A stretch of 64,000 nucleotides of DNA from positions 384,001 to 448,000 of the forward strand of contig CAXXFL010000003.1 of NCBI GenBank assembly GCA_963674965.2, written 5' to 3'. Below the pieces are notes generated by a model. That model did no database searches. It was not told the origin of the DNA and was given only the letters and a program-made list of their open reading frames with translations. Each line of letters starts with the position of its first letter. The stretch's first letter is position 1. Shown piece by piece: positions 58,364 through 64,000 of this stretch. A program made the position numbers and the translations under genes. This stretch comes from a bacterium (GTDB lineage Bacteria; RBG-13-61-14; DATKZS01).

Positions 58364-58422
58364 GGAATATGAGGCGAGATAAAAAGTGAAGCCGGGCCAG
58401 CGTCGTCCGGCTTCGGGCGCTT

Positions 58423-60258
58423 ATGGGGAAACGAAAACCATCAGCGACCCATGGAGGCGGCGAAGTGGCCAAGGGTATTTATAAAAAGGACGAGCTCGAC
58501 GCGGTCGGGCAAAAGATCACCAGGCGCCTTATCAGGGAGAATCCCAACCTGGCGGGCGAGCTTTTGGACTCGGTCCCCAAAGAGGACCGCGCCCGTCTGG
58601 TCATGCGGTATCCGGCTCGGGACAGGATGGACCTGATAATGCTCTCGAGCGATCCGGAGGGTCTGATCGAGGCCATGGCCGCTCCCGACCTCTGGCTGTC
58701 CATCAAGGAGATCGGGGAAGAGGACGCCGTCGAGCTGGTGCGGCTGGCGGGGGCGGACAAGCTTCGCTACCTGTTCGACCTCGAGTGCTGGCACAAGGAC
58801 GTTCTCGATCCGCTGACCTTCGCCTTCTGGCTCAAGATACTGGCCGACGCCGGGCCGGAAAAGCTCATCGAGTGGTTCGAGGAATCGGACGAGGATTTCC
58901 TGGTGGCCTCCTTTTCCAAGTTCTTTAACGTCTACAAGAAGGACCCCGACGACGAGGGTTTCGAGCCCTGGCGCTCTTTCAAAAACCTCTGGACCCAGGA
59001 CGGGGTCTATTACCTCCACTTCAAGGACCCCTTTTTGGCGACGGTGGTGCAAAGCGCGCTCGAGGCCATACGATCGGCCCACGACTACAGATACTACGCG
59101 CTTTTAGACCACGTCGAGCTGGGCATGGGCGCCGAGGCTGAGGAGGCGGCCTATTCCTTCCGGGGCTCGCGCATGGCCGACCACGGCTTCCTCGAGCTGG
59201 AGGAGGCCATCTACGTTTACGCTCCCCTTTCCGACAAGGACCTTGCAAGGCTCGAGACCGAGGCGGCCAGTCCCCGCGAGAGTTGGTTCGAGGGTCCAGC
59301 GGGAGCGGCCGCGGCCTTTCCTCTCGCCCTGACCGACCCTCCGACCTTTTTCGGCCGGGCCCTTTCCCTGGTCGAGGACCCCGAGGTCATCGAGGACCTG
59401 GCCCTGGGCCTGGGGTCCCTGGTCAACCGCGTCATCGTGGCCGACGCCATGGACATGACCAAGGTCGAGAGCGTCCACGACGCCCTGGCCAAAAGCATGA
59501 CCTTCCTGGACCTGGGCCTTAAGCGATGGTCGGGAGGAGACCTGGAAAAGGCGGCCCACCTGCTTCGCGCCCAGCATCCCCTTTACCTTTTCCGGGCGGG
59601 CTACTCGAGGGTATTGGCCCTGGGCAGGCGGGCGGGGACCCTCAAGCGTTCCGGCTGGCCCTCGCGCTACGACTTCGGTCTCGAGCTTCTCGGCGAGGAC
59701 GGCCCGGTCATCGAGGGCCTTTCCAAACCCCGGCCTCTTTATTACGCGGGAGCGGGCGAGAACGGGGAGGCACTTTTCGTCGAGTTCCGCTCGGGGGAGG
59801 AGATCGAGAGGGCGGAGCGGGCGACGCGGCGCGCCGAGTTCATGGGCCTGGTCTTTTTCGAGGCCCTGGGAATCACCGACCGGGAATTGGCCAACCTGAA
59901 GCGGGCCTACCAGGGACTGGCCCTTAATTGGGAGACGGTATTTCTCACCGCGGCGGCCCGGGCCTTTTCCGGCTCGGGCTTCGGCTTCGAGCCCCTTTCG
60001 GCCCAGGACGCCGGAAGCGCCCTCGAGGCCATGCTCACGCCCGGCGCTCCTCGCGAGGTCCGCCCCGACGCGGCTCGCGAGCTTCGCTCGAGACTGACGG
60101 GCGCCGTGTCCCGCCTGGCCGCCGCCGGCGACGAGGAACTCGAGATGGCCTCGAGCCTGGCCGACTCTTGCCTCGAGCTTTTGGCTGAGGAAGCGCGCTC
60201 GATATGCCTGGAAGAGTTGGACCCGAGATACATCGAGTGGCTGGTAATCGAGGGGTGA
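58423..60258 (+). CDS. Conserved hypothetical protein (DUF6178-like)
   Basis: IKEIGEEDA, FDLECWHKD, TQDGVYY, EEAAYSFRGSRMADHGF. Confidence 0.7.
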   Translation: MGKRKPSATHGGGEVAKGIYKKDELDAVGQKITRRLIRENPNLAGELLDSVPKEDRARLVMRYPARDRMDLIMLSSDPEGLIEAMAAPDLWLSIKEIGEEDAVELVRLAGADKLRYLFDLECWHKDVLDPLTFAFWLKILADAGPEKLIEWFEESDEDFLVASFSKFFNVYKKDPDDEGFEPWRSFKNLWTQDGVYYLHFKDPFLATVVQSALEAIRSAHDYRYYALLDHVELGMGAEAEEAAYSFRGSRMADHGFLELEEAIYVYAPLSDKDLARLETEAASPRESWFEGPAGAAAAFPLALTDPPTFFGRALSLVEDPEVIEDLALGLGSLVNRVIVADAMDMTKVESVHDALAKSMTFLDLGLKRWSGGDLEKAAHLLRAQHPLYLFRAGYSRVLALGRRAGTLKRSGWPSRYDFGLELLGEDGPVIEGLSKPRPLYYAGAGENGEALFVEFRSGEEIERAERATRRAEFMGLVFFEALGITDRELANLKRAYQGLALNWETVFLTAAARAFSGSGFGFEPLSAQDAGSALEAMLTPGAPREVRPDAARELRSRLTGAVSRLAAAGDEELEMASSLADSCLELLAEEARSICLEELDPRYIEWLVIEG

Positions 60259-60321
60259 ACGCTGGTCGTTCCCCCTCAGCGGGACGTTAGCGGATTCACC
60301 TTCAGAGGGGCGGTAACGGAT

Positions 60322-61143
60322 TCACCCGCCGGCTCGAGGCCTTTCCCTGGCGCTCATTTCCTCGAGCGCCACGTCGCGGGCGCGCTCGGGGTTTTTGATT
60401 CGGTACAGCACGTAGATGCTGAGCTCGCGGGGAACGTTCTTGCCCTTGGCCCCCGCGGCGAAGAAGCCCGCGCCGGCCCCGCCCTTGCCGCCTCCCGCGG
60501 CCGCCCCGGCTATGGCCATGTCCTGGCCCATGCCCAGGCCCGTGCTGGTGATGGGTATTACGGTGCCGAAATTGAAAATCTTGCCCAGCATCCCCTTTTG
60601 TAGCATCAGGTCGTCAATCTTCGAGTAGAGGGTGCTGCGCTCGGTAATCTTGAGGGCGCCGAACCTGGCCACGATGCGGTGAGTGGTAAGGTAGTATCTG
60701 TGGCCCCTTCGAAATATCTCGACGCCCACCACGCCGACCAGGCCCACCGCCAGGAGCATAACGTTCTCGAGATGGGAATGGGCGTCCTCACTAAAGCCCA
60801 GGGCCTCGCGGACCTTCCACCAGATAAGAAAACGGCCCGCCAGCAAAAGAAGAAGCACGATAACGTAGCCGAAGTTGATCCGAAATATGGCCATGATCAA
60901 AAGGGGAAGAAGGATGGACACGGTCCAGATAACGCCGTAAGCGTGGTTGGCGATGAAGTCGAATTTGACCTTGTCCTTGATGGCCGCCGTAATCTCCGGA
61001 TAAAACAGGAAGAAAACGACGCCAAGGACCGCGATGTAAAGCCAGAAGGCCATAAGGCCGAGCATCGAGAACGGATGAGGACGGGCGTATAGTATCACTT
61101 CCTCGCCGTCAAGCAATGAAAAGGGCGGTCTCGCGGATGACAT
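60322..61143 (-). CDS. Membrane protein with a bacterial PH-like domain
   Basis: Four TM segments, then YYLTTHRIV ... LGKIFNFGTV. Start at ATG 61143. Confidence 0.75.
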   Translation of the reverse strand: MSSARPPFSLLDGEEVILYARPHPFSMLGLMAFWLYIAVLGVVFFLFYPEITAAIKDKVKFDFIANHAYGVIWTVSILLPLLIMAIFRINFGYVIVLLLLLAGRFLIWWKVREALGFSEDAHSHLENVMLLAVGLVGVVGVEIFRRGHRYYLTTHRIVARFGALKITERSTLYSKIDDLMLQKGMLGKIFNFGTVIPITSTGLGMGQDMAIAGAAAGGGKGGAGAGFFAAGAKGKNVPRELSIYVLYRIKNPERARDVALEEMSARERPRAGG

Positions 61144-61213
61144 GTTATTATCTTGCCTCCCCGGCGACCCGATCCATGACCCGGGCCGCCGCGTAATCGT
61201 ATCCAACGGTATA

Positions 61214-62266
61214 TCAGCCGGCTTTGATGGACGGTCCCCTCTTCATTTTGGAGGAGATGAAGTAGCCAAGGACAAGTCCCAAAACCAGGCCGACGATAAA
61301 AAGGACCGCGCCAAGAAAACCGCCGCCGCCCGACTTTGGCTTCGGGGCTTTTGGCGGCTCGATCTCCTCGATCTTAATCCTCGAGGGGGCCGGGCACTGA
61401 GGACAGGCGCTCATGTCGGGAATAACGGCCGTAAGGGCCGGCAATTTCTCTTCTTTGTCGGTCGCCGCGTTCCAAAGCGTCGCGGCCAGCTTGACCTTGA
61501 CCGGCCCCTTCACGCCGTCGGGGACCTTGACCGCCACGTCCCAGGAGCCGCCCTTGCCGCCCACGCTCTCGAAGTCGGACATGGGAACGATCACATCCAC
61601 CTCGGGAGGATCGACGTCCTCCACGTCCAGGAGCAGCCGATAGTCCCCGGATTTGCCCGTCTTGTCCTCCAGCCGGGTCACGTTATAGCGGGCCTTGATC
61701 GAGTAATCGGTCTTGCCCTTTTCTATGCCCGCCGGGGCCTCGAGCGAGAAAACGCCCACCATGGGGGAGGCGGGTTCGGCCTCGGGGCACTCGGCTTGGT
61801 CGCGGCCGTGATCCTCGCATGACCCCCTTACCCAGCGGGTGACGTACCTGAGCTCGCCGCAATCCTCGAGGTCCTTCTCGAGTCGGCCGATTTTCTTTCT
61901 GGCAAGGTCGTATTCGAGACAGCAGTCACGGTTTGATTCGCAAGGCGGCGGTGGCGGGCATTTTCCCCCCCGCGCCGAGGCAAGAAGCGCGGCGGCCTCG
62001 GCGTCGTCGGCCGCGGCGTTGTACTCGCAGGAGGCCAGGTTGTAGCGCCAGGTAAAGCTATCGAATTCCCCGGCCTCGAAACGATCCAGCGACTTTCGAT
62101 AGAGGTCCGGGGAACTTGCCTCGGCGCCGGCCGCCTGGGCCTCGCTTATTCGACTCTCCGCCTCAGCCCGAGCCTCCAGGCTTTTCAGTCTCCTGGCGCA
62201 CCCGGACGATACGGCCAAGGCGAGAATGGACAAAACACTAACGGCAACCGCGTCGAACTTCCGCAT
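61214..62266 (-). CDS. Cys-rich hypothetical lipoprotein with DUF4398-like N-terminus and C-terminal TM anchor
   Basis: VSSGC lipobox, AESRISEAQAAGAE, C-terminal hydrophobic helix followed by basic residues. Confidence 0.7.
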   Translation of the reverse strand: MRKFDAVAVSVLSILALAVSSGCARRLKSLEARAEAESRISEAQAAGAEASSPDLYRKSLDRFEAGEFDSFTWRYNLASCEYNAAADDAEAAALLASARGGKCPPPPPCESNRDCCLEYDLARKKIGRLEKDLEDCGELRYVTRWVRGSCEDHGRDQAECPEAEPASPMVGVFSLEAPAGIEKGKTDYSIKARYNVTRLEDKTGKSGDYRLLLDVEDVDPPEVDVIVPMSDFESVGGKGGSWDVAVKVPDGVKGPVKVKLAATLWNAATDKEEKLPALTAVIPDMSACPQCPAPSRIKIEEIEPPKAPKPKSGGGGFLGAVLFIVGLVLGLVLGYFISSKMKRGPSIKAG

Positions 62267-62570
62267 ATACAGCCTCCTCTTTATAACCGCCGCTTCACGC
62301 GACTAAAACCCTAATCGACGTTATTAACATAATATCATAAAGTGAATAGGTTTTTCAAGTAAAATCGAATGGATCGCCCATTGGCCCTCTTTTGGAGATG
62401 GGCGCGTTAAATTCCGGTCCCAAGAATGGAACTATTGATAATGAATAATAATTATCCCTCTTTGCCTTTTATCTTGCATATTCGGTTAAATTCCGGACCT
62501 TTAAAAGAATATCGGATTCGGGCAAACTTTTTCTTGCGACCCGGCAAGGTATACACTATCTTTAAAGCCC

Positions 62571-63797
62571 ATGGATATCTTCATTGCGCGGCAACCCATC
62601 TTTGACGTCAACCAGAAGGTATACGGCTACGAGCTCCTTTTCCGGTCGGGCCAGGCCAATTATTGCGACGCTCTTGACGGCGACAGCGCCAGCATGAACG
62701 TCATCACCAACAGCCTGGTGCTTATCGGCATAGACAAGCTAACGGGCGGCCGCAAGGCTTTTATCAATTTGACCCGCAGCCTCATCATCAGGATGAGCGA
62801 CTTGAACCTTCCCCGCGAGTACTACGTGATGGAAGTCCTCGAGGACGTGGAGCCGGACGAGGAAATAGTCGAGGCGGTCCAAAACCTCAAGAAGCTGGGC
62901 TACGACGTGGCCCTGGACGATTTCGTTTTCGACGAGCGTTTTACTCCCCTTCTCGATCTGGCCGATATCATCAAGATCGACTTCATGCAGACGCCTCCGG
63001 AGGAAAGGAAGGCCCTGATCGACAAATGGGGCGGTCCCGACCTCAAGTTCCTGGCGGAGAAGGTCGAGACGAGGGACGAGTTCGAGTTGGCCCTCGACAT
63101 GGGCTATTCCTACTTCCAGGGCTATTTCTTCGAGAAGCCCGCCGTCATCTCGAAAAAGGCCGTGCCCGGGTTCAAGATCAACTCCCTTCGCCTTTTGGGC
63201 GAGCTTTACAAATCGGACGTGGACCTGGAGGAATTGGAAAAGATCATCAAGCCCGACGTCTCGCTGACCTACAAGCTCTTAAGGCTCATCAACTCGGCGG
63301 CCTTCGGCATCTCCAAGGAGATCAAGTCCGTCAAGCACGCCCTTATCATGCTGGGCATGAAGGCCGTTCGCAACTGGGTGTCCCTTATTACCCTGGCGGA
63401 CATGGGCCAGGACAAGCCGGAGGAACTCCTGGTCCAGACCATCGTCCGGGCCCGTTTCCTCGAGCTTATGGCCCCCGTCATCGGCCTGGACCAAAGGGCG
63501 CCGGACTGCTTTTTAATGGGCATGTTCTCCACCCTCGACGCGGTCCTGGACGTCACGATCGAGGACGCCCTGGCCGACCTTCCCCTGGCCGAGGACGTTA
63601 AGTCGGCCATCATCGGGGGAGACGGCCAACTCGGGTCGCTCTTTACCGCCGCCACCGCCTACGAGAAGGCCGACTTCCAGGCCTTCGCCGACTACGCCGG
63701 GGGAAAATCCCTCCCCCTCGCCGCCGCGCCCGACCTATACTTCGAGGCCGTCGACTGGGCCAACCAGATTTATCAAAACGTGTCCAAAGCCGAATAA
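62571..63797 (+). CDS. EAL/HDOD domain protein (YuxH/PdeH-like)
   Basis: FIARQPIFD, GYELLFR, ALDDF, LAEKVET, FQGYFF, DVSLTYKLLRLINSA. Confidence 0.92.
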   Translation: MDIFIARQPIFDVNQKVYGYELLFRSGQANYCDALDGDSASMNVITNSLVLIGIDKLTGGRKAFINLTRSLIIRMSDLNLPREYYVMEVLEDVEPDEEIVEAVQNLKKLGYDVALDDFVFDERFTPLLDLADIIKIDFMQTPPEERKALIDKWGGPDLKFLAEKVETRDEFELALDMGYSYFQGYFFEKPAVISKKAVPGFKINSLRLLGELYKSDVDLEELEKIIKPDVSLTYKLLRLINSAAFGISKEIKSVKHALIMLGMKAVRNWVSLITLADMGQDKPEELLVQTIVRARFLELMAPVIGLDQRAPDCFLMGMFSTLDAVLDVTIEDALADLPLAEDVKSAIIGGDGQLGSLFTAATAYEKADFQAFADYAGGKSLPLAAAPDLYFEAVDWANQIYQNVSKAE

Positions 63798-63838
63798 TAA
63801 GCCCGCGCGGGCGTCCCTGAAAACAACCGGCGCCAAAA

Positions 63839-64000
63839 TCACCTTTCCTTCATGCCGTTTAAAATCCCGCTTATCGTTTTCATCACGAAATGATAGCCCG
63901 GAAAGAAGTGCTTCTTCATCCAGTATACCGCCCGGATGTCCCACGAGGTTATTACCAGAAATTTCTCCTTTTCGATCGCGTCGATTATCTGCCGCGCCAC
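63839..64000 (-). CDS. C-terminal end of a gene entering from beyond the window (SDR-like tail)
   Basis: VARQIIDAIEKEKFLVITSWDIRAVYWMKKHFFPGY...stop; the frame is open to the window edge. Confidence 0.55.
   Translation of the reverse strand: MARQIIDAIEKEKFLVITSWDIRAVYWMKKHFFPGYHFVMKTISGILNGMKER

Noticed and set aside
62480-62570. c-di-GMP riboswitch upstream of the EAL/HDOD gene (GGGCAAAC word)
   Set aside because: The GAAA-tetraloop stem and GACGCAAAGC motif are absent.
182-63655. Many long antisense or alternative-frame ORFs (e.g. 182-1813, 3004-4458, 12777-14060, 13667-15394, 30264-31790, 54041-55393)
   Set aside because: These are shadow ORFs typical of GC-rich coding DNA. They overlap genes with clear family motifs and have none of their own.
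1-64000. CRISPR array, tRNA or rRNA genes
   Set aside because: No regularly spaced direct repeats and no cloverleaf or rRNA signatures were seen by eye. The only long repeats are the IS copies.

Overview
A GC-rich bacterial chromosomal window. Its gene content resembles Desulfobacterota/deltaproteobacteria (MJ0042-type zinc-ribbon protein, MEMO1-like protein, KamA family, HDOD/EAL); this taxonomy is inference only. Acyl-CoA and lipid catabolism dominate: thiolase, three acyl-CoA dehydrogenases, two SCP2 proteins, ETF, a CoA transferase, and a phosphatase/ACAD/TetR/phosphotransferase cluster behind a perfect 28-bp palindrome. Housekeeping genes include proS, aroF, panE and an ABC-F ATPase. The most striking locus is 17263-24129. 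There a low-GC gene of about 553 aa with a HEPN-like RNxxxH motif is split by two same-orientation copies of a 1764-bp ISNCY/ISDol1-like element. Both copies sit in the same hexamer (TAAATA) and the same codon phase, and the second copy is itself interrupted by an IS3-family element. Removing the insertions restores one open frame. Features missing from the ORF track include an internally deleted acetyl-CoA synthetase and a mosaic of Rhs and integrative-element remnants. A secreted duplicated-domain protein has a long hairpin-rich leader, and its flanking genes show opposite local G/C skew. I saw no rRNA, tRNA or CRISPR array. All family calls come from motif recognition by eye, with no database searches.
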